Source: Peribolospora baueri | Lineage: Eukaryota | NCBI GenBank assembly: GCA_029717555.1 | Contig: JAMDHS010000007.1 | Span: 186,001 to 250,000, forward strand | DNA: 64,000 bases | Reading direction: 5' to 3' | Shown here: one piece after another, positions 25,416-39,669 of the stretch | Position numbering within the stretch: the first letter of the stretch is position 1 | How the letters are laid out: each line of letters opens with the position of its first letter | The notes under the pieces: model-generated | The model's database searches: none | The model's input: only the letters and a program-made list of their open reading frames with translations | Told to the model about the DNA's origin: nothing | Position numbers and translations under genes: made by a program

Positions 25416-27229
25416 ATGCGCCTCTTCACCCTCCTCCTCTCTTGTCTCTTTGCGGCGCTCGCGGCTCAGGCGCGCTCCGCAACGGGGGATAGGGTGCTCG
25501 TCGTTCTCGACAACCTGGCGAACCAGGGCGATTATGGACGGTTTTGGCGATCATTAGAAGGTGGGCGGTTCAGCGAGCTTCCTTCTGCATGCCATCGTCC
25601 TTTGTCGGTAGTAATGTGCTTATTCACTTTGTGTGATGGACTTCTAGACCGTGGCTACGAGCTCACCTTCAGAGAGTCCAAGGATATCAAGCCCACCTTC
25701 ACTGCCTTCGGCGAGAAACAATTCGACCATCTCATCTTGTTCTCTCCTGCCACCAAGGGTGAGCGAGCAGGCTGGCGGTAGATCTGATATTCCAGAGAGC
25801 TTACAGCATATGTGTACTTTGTCCGCCTTCACCCCATTCCATAGCCTTCCCTGCCGATCTTAACCCCCAATCCCTAGTCTCCTACCTCAAGTCCAACGCC
25901 AACGTCCTTATAGGCCTCAACTCGATGGTCTCCGAGGCCTTCCGAGACTTTGCACGCGAGTTTACGCTCGACTTTGAAGACCGCGGAACGGGTTTGGTGG
26001 ATCACTTTTTGTACGACCAGGTTCTCGATGAGGGAAGGGGCAACCATACCGCGGTCGCCGTTCCGCTCGCGCACGCGCTGGACAGCAAGGTTGGCGAACA
26101 GGTCATCTCGGCGTCTACACGCGAGCAAGAGGCCCCACTTCTCTTCCGAGGCATTGCCCATCGTCTCCCTCTCGCTCCGCTTGCCTTCCCCGTCCTCCGC
26201 GCACCTTCCACGAGCTACAGCAGCGAAGTTGGGGAGAACGGCTCAAAGGCCGAGCCGCTCTCCGAGCAGGCTGAGTTTTTGGCTGGCAAGGAGGCTGGGT
26301 TGGTCAGTGCTTTCCAGACCACCAATAATGCGAGGGTCGTGTTTAGTGGAAGTACGGAGATGTTCCAAGATCGATTTGCGGGTGAAGTGAAGGGTAGCGA
26401 CGGCAAGAAGTGCGTTGTCTTTCCGTCGTGCTCTTGCGTACTGCCTCACTGAACATCAACCACTATCTGACTGAGTTTTTTTCTTCATCTTTGGTCACAT
26501 TTGCATGGTTATTGCAGATATTCCCGCTCCGCCAATGCGGCATTTGTGGATGACCTGGCAAAATGGACATTCCAAGAGAACGGTGTGCTTAGGGTCGTCG
26601 GCACTGAGCACCATCTCGAGAACGAGACGCAGGCGAGGGACATGTACCGCATCAAGGACAATATTGTGAGTCTTCGTTTTCGTCCTGCCTTTGCAGCGTC
26701 CGTTCCGTACTTTCTATGTGTTGGATACTGTGAAAGAGCACGACGCCTTACGACGTGCTTTCTGCGATGGATTCCACTGCAGACGTACGCAATCGACATC
26801 TCCGAATACGACCCCATGACTTCTTCGTGGAAGGCTTACGTTCCTCGGTCTGAGTCGGAGCACCCTCAACTATCTTTCACGATGCTCGACCCCCACATCC
26901 GCCGCACTCTTTCCCCCTCCCCGCACCCTTCCCAGCCCCTCAACGTTACTCGCTTCTCCACCACTTTCACCGCCCCCGACCGTCACGGAGTCTTCACCTT
27001 CCGCATCCTCCACCGCCGCCCAGGCTGGAGATACGTGGAAGCGAAAGACACCGTGTCGGTGAGGCCTTTCAACCACAACGAGTTCGACAGGTTCATCCCC
27101 GCCGCCTGGCCTTACTACGTCGGCGCCATGTCCACGTCGATTGGCTTCCTAGTGTTCTGCGTACTTTGGGTATTAGCGAGCGAGCCGGCGGAGCATAAAG
27201 GGAAGAGGAAGGGGAAGAAGGCTGAGTGA
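25416..27229 (+). CDS. WBP1: Oligosaccharyltransferase beta subunit Wbp1/OST48
   Basis: Signal peptide, RVLVVLD, FQTTNNARVVFSGS, KWTFQENGVLRV, QLSFTMLDPHIR, PDRHGVFTFR, VRPFNHNEFDRFIPAAWPYY, a TM helix and a C-terminal KKAE (KKxx ER retrieval). Confidence 0.96.
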
Positions 27230-27767
27230 TGAGAACGAGTCGGCTGGTTGGTTGGTCGAGAGGTTGGCGGAGAGCGAATCCAGTCGGGACGGACGTGCTA
27301 GCGCCTGCGGGCGCGTTCGTTTGGACGAGATCCAAGCGACTCGTCACGATATCAATACATTCGCTTCCTGCCAATGGACGTTCCAATGTTCAATGCTCAA
27401 TTTTTATCGTCCTTTCGTCTTCGTTCCAAGCAATGCACGCTCTGCGAAACTTGTCTCTAAACAATCGTCAATGCCCGACGTGAGCAGGCGGCGTGTGCGA
27501 GCACAGCGATCCACCGAGGCAGGGAAGGGCACTGCAGTGGTTCGTCTCTAAGAAAAACTATGCAGACAGACAGACAAGCGGGCGAACAGCGAACACGACA
27601 AGTCATTTTGCAAGTTGATTGATATGTACACTTCCCTTAGCTACCGGTAGAAGGGGGCTCGAGAACGATGGTCGATGGAGACTAATGTGAGATCGATTAG
27701 GATGTGCAAGAGTCCGAAGTATGGATCGACAGCGTCGAGTCGCGGGTCTACAAGTGTAAAGGGTCTT

Positions 27768-30700
27768 CTAGCCCCATCGGGCGTTCAGCTTTTTGATCCG
27801 AACCTGTGAGGCGACGGGCAAGGAAAGGGGGAAAGCGGCATAAGAAACGATGGGCATAAACTTTGCTCACGACAACACAGTTTTGAAAGCGCGAAAAACT
27901 CACCATGGGGGAAGTGATGAAAATCGCAGCGGACAATCCAGCGATGGTGAGCAGAAGCTGGACCTTATTGAAACTCTCGGAAAGCAGGTCGAATGTCTTG
28001 CTAGGGGTGACGCGCGTGTAGAACAAGTCGAGACCGTGGGCCAGGACCAAGGAGGTGCTCTCTAGTAAGGTGGGGCAGGTGACTATATCCACTACTCGTG
28101 CGACGTAGTAGTCGTGTGAGATAATCCACTGCGGCTCAGGCGGGATGAGCGGGGCGTAAGCGAAGAGTCCTTCTTCGGCCTCTTGTGCCGTGGGCTTTCT
28201 ATGCGGCCGCCGAGGATCGAGGAAGCGGCGCGGCACCATGAACAGCTGATCCCGGTCCGTCGCGGCTATAAGTGACTTGACAGTGATGCCATGCTTCGTC
28301 GTTGTAGTCGCAAGGGCGCGCACGCCAAAGGGAAAGAGATAGGTTTGAACCAGAGCCTCCGGATTGGCGTTGGAGGGAGAGAAGGACGAGAAGTTGTCGC
28401 TGAGGAAGGCAGAGGGGCAGGAAACGAAAAGGGCGATGACGCATCGGGATCTTCCGTCAGCCTCGAATCCATACGGGACCGCCCTTCTCAAGAAAAGTCT
28501 CACCTCTTGATCCTGACATCGCTCTTCAAGCTTTCATAAAACTCGACTGTAACCGCTTTCGCTCCTTTGGCATCCATACCGCTCCCGCTTTCGCTCTCGA
28601 AAACGTAGACCAGCCAGTTGTCCGTAAAGGCGGCCACCAAGCCCTTCCCTGCGTCAACGTTCTCGTGCTCGACGGACCAGAGCACGCTCCCTTTGACGGT
28701 GTCGACAAGGTACACCTTTCCGAGCATTCTCGCAGGATTGACCGTTGTGACCACCGCCGCGTGCGGGTTGAGGTACTTGTACAGCGTGGAGCGGTCGCCT
28801 AGCACTCTGCCTACCGAGGCAACCGTCTCGGATTTTTGATGCACGACACGGTGGATCTTCTCACCAGTGGCAAGGGGAAGTTCCCATGTCGGCACGACCG
28901 AAACGTCAGATTTGTGAGCAGCTGAGGCGGAGCCAGCGATAGTGAAGCCAGTAAGCTTTGCGTTGCCCTCTGGGCCTCCAGGATGGGTGTCGAAGAAGAA
29001 GAAACGAGGGGCGAGCTCCGCGAAAGAGTTTCGCGCCGGGTCGGTCGAGGGGTATAGGTGAACCTTGTTTCGCGGACAGAAAAGAAAGAGAAAGACTTGA
29101 TGTAAGTGACAAAGGTCGATTGACCTGCACGAAATTAATGCTAAGATTCTCTATCCGGATGCGCAACTCACCTTCAGCTGCTCGTCTACACAAGCAACTA
29201 CCGTAACACGGCTAGAGGGATCTTCAGCTTGCACAAAGAACGCGCTCCTAGCGGGACCATCAAAAAGCTTGACGCCTTTGGCCGTGTCAGGACTGGGCTC
29301 CCCAGTAAGAGCGTTTACCTCGTACGCCTTGGTGACGACGTTACCCGATCCATCCGTGAGTTCAGCAATGGCGACGACGAGGGGGGGCAATCCTGCGGAG
29401 GCGGTCCTGCTGACGCCGAGATATTTGAACACGATGCCTTTCTCCGCCTCGCTTCCTTTTCCATAAGGCGCGAGCGTGCGGTCCCACACCGTCCTGCCCC
29501 TCCCTGCACTGTCGATAGCGAAGACCCTGCCTGCGGCCGTAGCGGCGATGAAAAGCTTTCGGAAACCAAATGTGTCTCGCCAGAGGCTCCCGTCTGCTAC
29601 CGAGGCGGATTCATCGACGTCGGAAGGAGTCTGGCCACTGAGATCGTCTGAAGAGGTAGCGTAGGTGCCGGTGGCGAAACGACGGGTGAAACGGACAAGG
29701 AAAGAGGGGAGATCACGCAGTTCGACGACGTGCCTCGCCAGGCGGGCAACGAGGCCCTCCGGCTCGTCCAGGCTCCTCAAGCCCGAGACCTTGAGCTCTG
29801 GCAGATCGAGAACAGCGAGCTTAGTGATGTCCGACAACCCCTCCTCGCGCGTCCAGTGGTTCTGCGTATCATGCCAGAAGGAGACCGCACCGGAAGAAGA
29901 GGTCAGGGTGGCACGGGCTACAAGCTGGAACTCGCCCACACGAGCCACTTCGAGCGTCGCGTGCTCGATCACCCCAGAGATAGCGGGATAGTAGGGGAAG
30001 GCATAGCCTGATACCATGCCTGTGCCGATATCGGTCTCGCACCAAAGGACGTGTACGTTGGCAAGCTGGAAGCGGAAGAAGACAGAAGGTTGGGATTATC
30101 GGTTTCATTCGGTAAATAGACCGCAGTAGCACATGTGATCGCTGCTCACGTTCATACTTTCGCCTTGGAAGATACGTCCGATGTAAGGACGGCCTTGCTT
30201 GTCGTACACGCCGGAGTAGATCTCATCATAGGTCTGAGAGCAGACACCAGAAAGAACGACAATTTTGGTCAGATCTCCACCAACATCTCCACCAACCCGT
30301 CGAATTGGCTCTAAGAGAACTCACCTCATCATCGAAAACCCAGAACGAATCCAGCTTTGTCTGCCCTTTCGCAGATCCACCGGCCCTCAAAACCTCGGCC
30401 TGACCGTCCTTCCTCTTAGCGACGAAGAAGCCAGCTTGACCTATTCTTGGGTCAACGAGCTCAGTGAAAGCGCTGGTCTTGGGTCCGATGCTCTCCACCT
30501 TTGAACCGCTCTCGACGCCCACGGCCTTCACCTTGCCCTTTTCGAGCCACGCTACGCGAGCGAGCGAAGCATCCGTGTTGGAAAGGACAACTACGTCCTT
30601 GAGAGAGACGATGGAGGAGGCGACCTCGGACGTGGACAGCAGGGCGCCTGTCTTAGCGTCTAGCTTTGCGATCGAGAGGGTGTGAGAGGCAAAGGATTTT

Positions 30701-31758
30701 GTGAGAAGCACTAGGTAGACTGACGTGCTGGTCGGGAACACTTCGAGGGCAAGGCGAGAGGCGCTGGAGGGTAAGGCGTGTGGGTGGGCAGGAAAAGATT
30801 CAGAGACGAAGCTGGTCAGAGAGTTGATCAAGGACCGGGGCGTGCAGAACGTCTCAATACAGACAAGAAAGGAACTCACGTCGCATCCTCTGCATTCCAG
30901 CTCCAAAGGACCTTTCCACTAGCTGCCTCCAACCTCCTGATCGTGCCTCCGTTGGCAAGGGTGAGGACGTCGTCGGAGGTGCCGTTAGGGAAGAATGCGG
31001 CGCCTGCGCCCGTGTAGTCTAGGTCCGGAAGAACGCCGTCTTGAATAGGCTGGTGGTGCTGCGCCTCCCATATGACGTATCCCGTCTGACCCTCATAAAG
31101 ACGAGCAATAGCGCCTCCGGAGCCAGAGAGGGAGAGGACGACTGGGAAGAACAAGGTGAAAAGTAGCGAAATTACACCGTCCGTCGGTTGCACGACCGCG
31201 AAAATATCGAAAAGCTCGACCATAATATCAGGATAGCTCACCATCTCCATAGGGATAGATCCCCAATACAGGCTCTGATTCTGAAAGGACTTGTCTCCAA
31301 ACTGAACAGAGCGTCGGCGCACCAGTAGCGACCATCGGCGTGAGCGTTTCTGCCTTGCACCGGACTGGCGCAATGCGACTTCGATCACGAGTTCAGCTGC
31401 TACACAGAGGCAACTCCCACCTCAACTCACCAATATCGCCATTCCTTGGATTCAACGCCGCGACAACATTCTTCTCTGTAGCGGTGAAAATGGCAGTGCT
31501 GGCCTTGGCGCTCCTGGGTTTCGCGTTGCTGAGGATGCGGTGAAAGCGGGGAGAGGCGTAATGGCCTAATTGCACGAGGGGTTTTCCGATGAAAGAGCGG
31601 TGCCAGTCCACGATGCCCGCCTCATCCTTGTGCAATGCGGAGGCCGGGAGGACGAGATCGGTGAAGAGAAAGGAAAGAAGGAAGAGGAGGCAGAAGAGAG
31701 CAGACGCGGCCGCGGGTTGGCGTGTACTGCGCGTGGACGTCCGGCGGGCAGCTGCCAT
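27768..31758 (-). CDS. EMC1: ER membrane protein complex subunit 1
   Basis: Signal peptide followed by ALHKDEAGIVDWH. Also WTREEGLS, DTFGFRKLFI, ASVGRVLGDRSTLYKYLNPH, LDPRRP, LLESTSLVLAHGLDLFYTRVTPSKTFDLLSESFNK, and last exon VRIKKLNARWG*. Confidence 0.96.
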
Positions 31759-32081
31759 TGCGGGCGGAGCTGCAAAGGGGGAGCGCAGACGATGCTCCGA
31801 GAAGAAAAGCAACGATGAGAGGAGACACGATAGGGAGCTCGAACGGGACCCGGACAGGTCTGCTCGCTGACCGCATACGTATGAGGAGGCGGATGGAGTG
31901 GTCTTCCGGTCGTCACGTGCCCGCTGCGGGGCAAAGTGACCGGCATGCAAGTTCCGAAGGTTGACGTCGGATCTCATCCCTCATCTCGTCTCATCTGCGT
32001 CCTCGAACAGCACGTTCGCGTCCCTCCTTGTCTCGGCATCCTCTTCCGTCTCCCCCACAGCATACACCTCATCCAACACCA

Positions 32082-35000
32082 ATGTCCCAGTCTGGCGGCG
32101 TCAGTGCGGGAGGGCGAGCAGGAGCACCCGGGGCGCCGGCGCCAGGCCCCCAGACACGTGGGCTTTATGCTTCTGCTTATTCCGATGCTTTCGTGGTGAG
32201 CGTCGTCTGCCTTCGTCGGAGCTGACATCGGAAGGAGCCAAGGAAAGGGGGAAGGAAGCAAGGCGACTGATCTCGATTGAGCCTCTCGTTCATTTTTTCA
32301 GCGCGGACGACCAAAGGACTCGCTGGCGATCGTGCAGACGAGGATGAAGCAGGCCCGGACGCTGAATGATGAGCTGTGAGTAGACCTGACTCAGTCGATG
32401 CACACATTTCTGGATTACATGTTCACCGGGCACGTTTGCTTGCAGGGCCGACTACTTTGCCGAGCGTGCCGCCCTAGAAGACGCGTACATACGAGCATTG
32501 CAAAAGATGCAGCGACGTCCAGGCCTCTCTGACCCTCGCGCTATGGGTCCCGGATTTGCTCCCATATGGGAACGCCTTGCAGCCGAGCTGGGAGAAGTAA
32601 CTAGTATACACGCCGAGCTGGAGAAGCGGATCAAGACCGAGTGCGAGGAGGGCCTGAGGGTCGCTCCCAATCTCGGAGAGTGGAGTCGGCTCAAAGGCGT
32701 GAGTTTGCGACCCGTTGGCGTCTGGGGCTTCTGCGAGAACTTTTCCTGAAGGTTTGGTTTCACCTCCGTGGCTCTGTCTACAGTACGATGCAGATATCCT
32801 GACTTCGCTCAAGGAGATCGACTCGCTAGAAGCTAAGCTCTCCAAGGTGTGTCCTTGCTCGTCACTGAAGACTTTTATATCTCTTGCCCTATTCAGTGGT
32901 TCTGTCCCTTCGCTTATTCGTGGTTATCTACCTTGACAGGACCGCCGAAAGGCAGACACAGCTTCCGCTAAAAAGGCCTCCGAGGCGCAGTCGAAAGCCG
33001 CGTCGACCGCTCAGGCCCTTGACGCGGCCATTTCGCACTGGCACACCGAAGCACCTTTCTTGTTCGATGCGTATCAAAAGGCCGACTCGGATCGGTTGGA
33101 GGCAATCAGAGAGGCGGTGACCAATTTTGAGACGGCTCAGAATGATTTTGCCCAGCGACGCATGGCTGTCTCGGAGCAGACCATGCAAGCCGTACTCAGC
33201 TGGGAGCCTCAGACGGACATGCAGGAGTGGGTTCTCCGCCACGCCACCGTCGCTCAAGGCGCTGGCATGCCCAGCGTGCCGAGCCAGCGGAGAATGCAAG
33301 AGTTTGGTGCTGGCCCTACGGCCGCTAGCCCGACGCCGCCACCCGATGCGGCCGGGTCATCGGGCCATCCTCCCCCCAGCCGTGGTGGCATGGGCCCCCC
33401 CACTTCGCGACCGACCCCTCAACGCAAGTACTCGACCCGGCGGCAGAACGGTGACATGAGCAGCACTGTAGGTGCCTCGTCGTCGTCCATTCACTCCGAA
33501 GACATGCCTCGTAGGCCCGGTTCGACACTCAAGTCGGCCATTACTCGCTTCGGCCGGGGACGTTCCGGGAGCCGAGCGCAAGACATGAATACCGTGTACG
33601 GCGCGCTTCCTGATGATGACAGAATGCGCAGCCGGGACCGGGTCGGTGGAGAGGAGACAAACGGATTTGGGGAAGAAGTTTACACGACAGATGCCCCCTT
33701 GCCGGCCGTACCGGCACCGGTCAGGGCATTGAGCAATGTTAGCGCTCCGAACCCGTTGGTCACTGCGGCGGCGTCGAACGGCTCGTACGCCGCGACTCTG
33801 CCCCAGCAGCAGCAGCAGCAGCATCATTTCGCGGCGCCTCTCGTCGACGCAGAGGGCTACTCCATTCCCCCGCCTGATCGCAAGCCGTGGGAGGTCGGTG
33901 GTGCAGGAGGCGCGGCGGCGTTGGCTGAGGAAGACGAGGAGGCAGGCACGGGTTCGGACTCTCACTCGGCCATGGGGAACAAGGTCAACATGGCGATCCA
34001 GCAAGCGCCGATCAGCGAGTCGGAGGAGCAGCGCAAGGCGGCGCTGCAGCGCGTCCAGAGCACCTTGTTATCTGCTCGTCCCCCATCTTCAGGGCCGACG
34101 AGGAGATCGACGACGAGCCGGCGCGACCGTCGGGACGTGCGGGCGACGATGTTTAACCCGATTCCGGACAACGTGCCGATCACGTCGGCTCTGGGCATGC
34201 AGGAGAACCAGAAGACTGCGTTGCCCACTTCATCGTCGCCTATCCCGACGTCGACGAGTCGACAAATTCCGCCTTCGCCGTCGTACAACACAAGCGTGAT
34301 CAGCGAGCGGGCGCAGAGCATGCTGTCCACCATCTCGGGCACGAACCCATTCGAAGTGCCTCAGGCAATCCAGCCGGGTCTGCGAGCGTCGATCACGGAG
34401 TCGGTCAACGTGCTGTTCAAAGGGAGCGATGTGCAGAAGGTTCTTGTGGTGGGGGAAGTGAGCGTGTCGCTCCGAGATATCGAGGACACCACCCGTCCTC
34501 TCCATCTGCGCGTGGATCGCTTCGAGCAGTTCGAGAAGGCGGCGCCGAACCCGCAATTCCTGTCGCCCTTGGCTGGCCTTCCAGGCGAGTACAGGCTCGA
34601 CGTCGCGGCTTTGCACGCCTTAGGGGGTCCAGTGGGCGCGGGAGGACAGGCGGTCGTGCTCAAGTACCAGCTGCACGTGGACGAGAGGCATCGAGACGAG
34701 TTTGTTCCGATCAAGTTGCACGCCCAGTGGAGGTGCGAGTCGGTGCAGACGTCGTTCTTGCTCACCTATCAGGCCAACCCGGGGTCGACACTCGCCGAGG
34801 CGGTGGTGGCCGACTCTTCCGGCGGTGGTGGCAGTGAGACGAGCGGGACAGCGGTGGTGAAGGACCTCTCCTTCCTCGTTCCCGTCGCGCCTTCCAACGT
34901 CTCCAACGTGTTGTCCAAGCCTAACGGGATCTGGTCAGCGGAGAAGAAACGGATGCTGTGGAAGATCCCGGACTCGGTCTCATTTTCTTCTGCCTCGGAC

Positions 35001-35249
35001 GTGGTCAACGGCTCCGGCGCGCAGAGTCATAAGGTCCTCGCCCGCTTCCAAGTAGACACGGCGAGCCAGCCGCAACCGGTGCTGGTCAAGTGGCGGATCC
35101 CTGACCGTCTGGTGTCGACGGTCGGCATCGAGGTAGTGCCGTCGTCGGAGGCGCCTATCTTCGCGGAGGGTGAAGGCGTGAACTCGAAGGCGGCGTTCGA
35201 CGCGGTGACGAAGCAGGCTGTCGCGGGCAAGTATGTGTGCAACCCGTGA
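32082..35249 (+). CDS. SYP1: Muniscin/FCHo endocytic adaptor Syp1 (F-BAR plus muHD)
   Basis: F-BAR exons (NDEL|ADYFAERAALEDAY), a low-complexity linker, and a muHD (GLRASITESVNVLF, VVGEVSV, FEKAAPNP, KYQLH, KPNGIWSAEKKRMLWK, AGKYV). Confidence 0.9.
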
Positions 35250-36189
35250 GGGACGAGAATGTGAGGTCGTCGTGCGGTCGACCTCGGCTCCCTCGGTGTC
35301 CATCCGTCCTCTCGCTTCTTGTTTTCTCCGTCTTTTTTCATCGTTTCCGGTCGTTTTTCATGCTTTCCGTCCGAGGGCGACTTCTTTTTATTTCTCTCCC
35401 ACACGTTCCTTTCCCCGACGCTTCTTTCGCTTCCACTCGGTTTCTTTTCCCTGTGTGCTTCTTCCGAATCGTGTACCGTAACTTGACATTCCTTCTTGCT
35501 TCTCCGCTCGGCTCGGCTCGGCTCTCCTCTGTGGCCGACTAGCTAGCTGGTTCATTGGCTCCCTAGAGTCGTACAGAATCCCGTCTGCAATTCCCATTTG
35601 CCTCGGGGGCTGCGAGGCGGCATTGACTTTACACCGCCGACGGACGATTGACAACATCTGAATGAGGAGAGTCTTGTTTTGAGCGAAAGTGAAGGAAGCG
35701 GGCGCGAGCAATCAATCCATCGCCTCCAACCCCCTGTTGGATATGAGCGTTTACGGGCCGGTGGAACGGTTAGCTAAGACGTATGTACAGTACTCATACA
35801 AGAATGGAAACCGCAGAGGAAGAGGAAAAAGGGGCAGAGGAAAACCGCAGCAACAGCACAGCTGTCTACAGCTTTCCGCCGCGTAACCACGGTGCTCGTC
35901 GCCTCCAATCTCCAACACCCCCAATCCGACCTAGCGAGCGATCCTCGCTCGACGATAGCTCGCAAACGAGTACCGTGATCACGTGATGTTTACATTGCGC
36001 CCTCTGCTCTACACGCATCGTCTCCTCTCCCTCCTCCTCCTCCTCCTTCTTCCTCTCCTCCATCTATGTTTGGGCCCTTCAGGCCTCCCCCTTAAGTACT
36101 GCTTCGCTTTTTAGGCCTCCTTTAGGTAGTTCCTCTTCGCTCGTAGGTAGTCTCCCTTCGTTTTCCTCGTCGCTCCTCTTCGTCTCCAT

Positions 36190-36660
36190 GGCGCCCGCCA
36201 AGCCGAGCTCGCGGACCAGTGGAACTGGAACTGGTCCGCTGTAGTAGCATACCACCTTACCGTCTGCAGGCGAAACATTTAGAGCGCCGAGTTTCGCCCC
36301 GAGGGTTGGACCTTCAAGGACACGGACGCCTTCATCGGACATATCGAGGGGAAACTCGGCGCTCTGAAAGTTTCGCCGGCAGACGGCAAGGTGGTAGGCT
36401 ACTACCGCGTACCAGTGGAACTGGCCCGCGAGCTCGGTGACGAAAAGCATGTGCCGACCGAGCGCCAGGAAGATTACGGGGCTGACGAGTCGTTGAACGA
36501 CGCCCGGATGGCGGTGTACACCGTCCAAACGTGCACGAAAGCCGCCAGCGTAGGGACGACCTTCGCGTCCTATTCAATCGACAGCCTTCCCTGTCTCGAT
36601 CGTCGATCTTGTCCTCCCAGGCTTACCCTCGCGTCGACGATCGTCTAGCCATCGCGTTTC
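36190..36660 (-). mobile_element. Degenerate retroelement ORF1/gag-like fragment (possibly DIRS/tyrosine-recombinase type)
   Basis: Minus strand reads VPTLAAFVHVWTVYTAIRASF, then a frameshift, then LALGRHMLFVTELAGQFHWYAVVAYHLAVCRRNF. From memory this resembles repeat-associated ORF1 proteins of smut fungi. Part of it is duplicated in inverted orientation. Confidence 0.4.
36203..36437. repeat. Imperfect inverted repeat (arms ~36203-36295 and 36351-36437, ~55-nt spacer)
   Basis: Left arm ...ctggtccgctgtagtagcataccaccttaccgtctgcaggcgaaacatttagagcgccgagtttc matches the reverse complement of the right arm ...ctggtacgcggtagtagcctaccaccttgccgtctgccggcgaaactttcagagcgccgagtttc. Confidence 0.9.
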
Positions 36661-36695
36661 AATCCTCTGATCACTTCCACGTTCAACGCAGGTTA

Positions 36696-37004
36696 CAGAA
36701 TGTCGTCGAGGTATACGAGGAACCGTGACGTCAAGGAGATCACGAAAGAGGTAGTTCGTTAACCCTTGGAACGTCGCGGGGGCGTTGGTAAGCCCGAAAG
36801 GCATGATGACCGATTCGAAATGTTCATACTTGGTCCGAAAGGCCGTCTTCCATCCATCTCCGTCCTTGATCCGGATTAAGGTTGTAGGCGTCACAAGGAC
36901 GTAAAGATTCTGGGCGAACTCCGCCTCTGCGTCGACTTACTGCGGACTTCAACTCGATTACCAAGAAGAATCGACTGGCGCTTCCGCTGGTCTCTGATAC
37001 GTTA
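36696..37004. mobile_element. Degenerate Ty3/gypsy reverse transcriptase fragments in two orientations
   Basis: Minus strand 36889-36696: [41 protein letters not shown]...FRDLLD.../VYLDDIL*. Plus strand 36919-37004: LRLCVD/YCGL/NSITKKNRLALPLVSDTL, with frameshifts. Confidence 0.92.
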
Positions 37005-37065
37005 TGTATACGTATTATGATCGAATCGGGGGGCCAAAGGGAATCTCATCATCAACTTTACGCAA

Positions 37066-38242
<1,177 letters not shown>

Positions 38243-39669
38243 TCGATCTGGGGGACCCACATGCCTGCCTTCCCTCGTCCTCCGTCCTCGCATGCCCCCC
38301 ACCCCCTGCGCCTTCTAACGTATGGGATCCGCTCCTCACTCATAGCTCTTCTGAGCTTCCCTCCCGCCCCATGTATTTTTAACTCCGCTCCTACAACGCT
38401 TCTTCGGTAGAGCGTTCTCGCCGCAAGGACGTGCCAATTTTTTTAGCGTTGTCACAAAGGGAAAATCGAAACGAACCGGCCGTCCAAAAAAAGGTTAAAT
38501 TCATCAATTTCATAAGGACCCATAACATGCGGACAAATATATAGACTGTGCCTACCGTTCCGGTAACGATGACGAGGACGAGGATGGAGAGCAGCTCAAG
38601 AGATTGCCGGTGGAAGGAGAAGATAAGAGGAGAGAGGTGACCGACCGTACGACGGAAAACGTGAGAAAGCGTATCCGATTCGATCCGCAGCCTAACGTCC
38701 TGGCTAAGGGAACTTAGTTGGCTAGAGGTTCGCTTCCTTACTCCTTCCCCCAAGGTCAGGTCAGGTCAGGTCAAATCTCCAGTACGTGACGGCACTGTCG
38801 GAACGGAAGGACAAGACAAGACAAGACGATCCGAGTTCAAAAACTTGATATAATTACAATTCCTCTTCCGCAGAATAACTTCACATCATACCACTTTCGT
38901 AAGAATCGCTCTTTCTACGTTTTGCAATTAACTCCAATTTCGCACCGCCACTCTACTACTAATCGTCGGTCGACCCTTCCACCAAATCGAATCGAATCGA
39001 ATCGCGAGAACACTTCTGGCCCTCTCTACCTCTCCTTCCTCCATATGACCCTCCATGCGCCCCCACAAGGGTAGGCATTGACGTACGTCCAAAGGAAGAC
39101 CGACGACGGGAACCGATCGACGGCCAAAACACGCCACGACAGCAAATAGAAAGAAAAATAAATAATGTATAGAAAGATAGATAAAGGGGATCAGGGAAAC
39201 AAACAAGTCCACAGATGCATTTCTTTTCAGAACGCGACGAACGGCATATTCTTTGATCACCGTCCGGCCGGTAAGGAACGATAAGGAATACCTTCAAAGC
39301 GGCCATCGAGGGCCATAGAAATTCCAAATAAAAATAAATGACACATTTTCGAGTGCCAAAAGGGATCACGACAGTCCAATCAGTGCGGTACGACTCGTGC
39401 TCCAGCCAGACGCACGCAAGCTCGCACGACCGGACATTTCGCACAAAACAAAAAAAAGACTTTTCAAATAATGTATGATTGCGTGTGAAGTGGAATGAAT
39501 GAAGGCCAAAAGATGGGATTACGGTACACCGCCAAAGGTGGGGGAAAAAAGAGGGTAACGGAGGAAGGAGGGAAGGAAAAGCCTAGGGCGAGGCGGGGGG
39601 AGGAATCCGCGTCCGCGACGACGCCATGGCACCGGCAAAGGCGACGAGACGAGCGAGCGAGCGAAATGC

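Noticed and set aside
33804..33824. (CAG)n poly-Gln run in SYP1
   Set aside because: A short, ordinary low-complexity linker feature.
38754..39004. (GGTCA)4, (GACAA)n and (ATCGA)n pentamer tracts as a possible array or CRISPR
   Set aside because: Simple microsatellites with no repeat-spacer structure, in a eukaryotic context with no cas genes.
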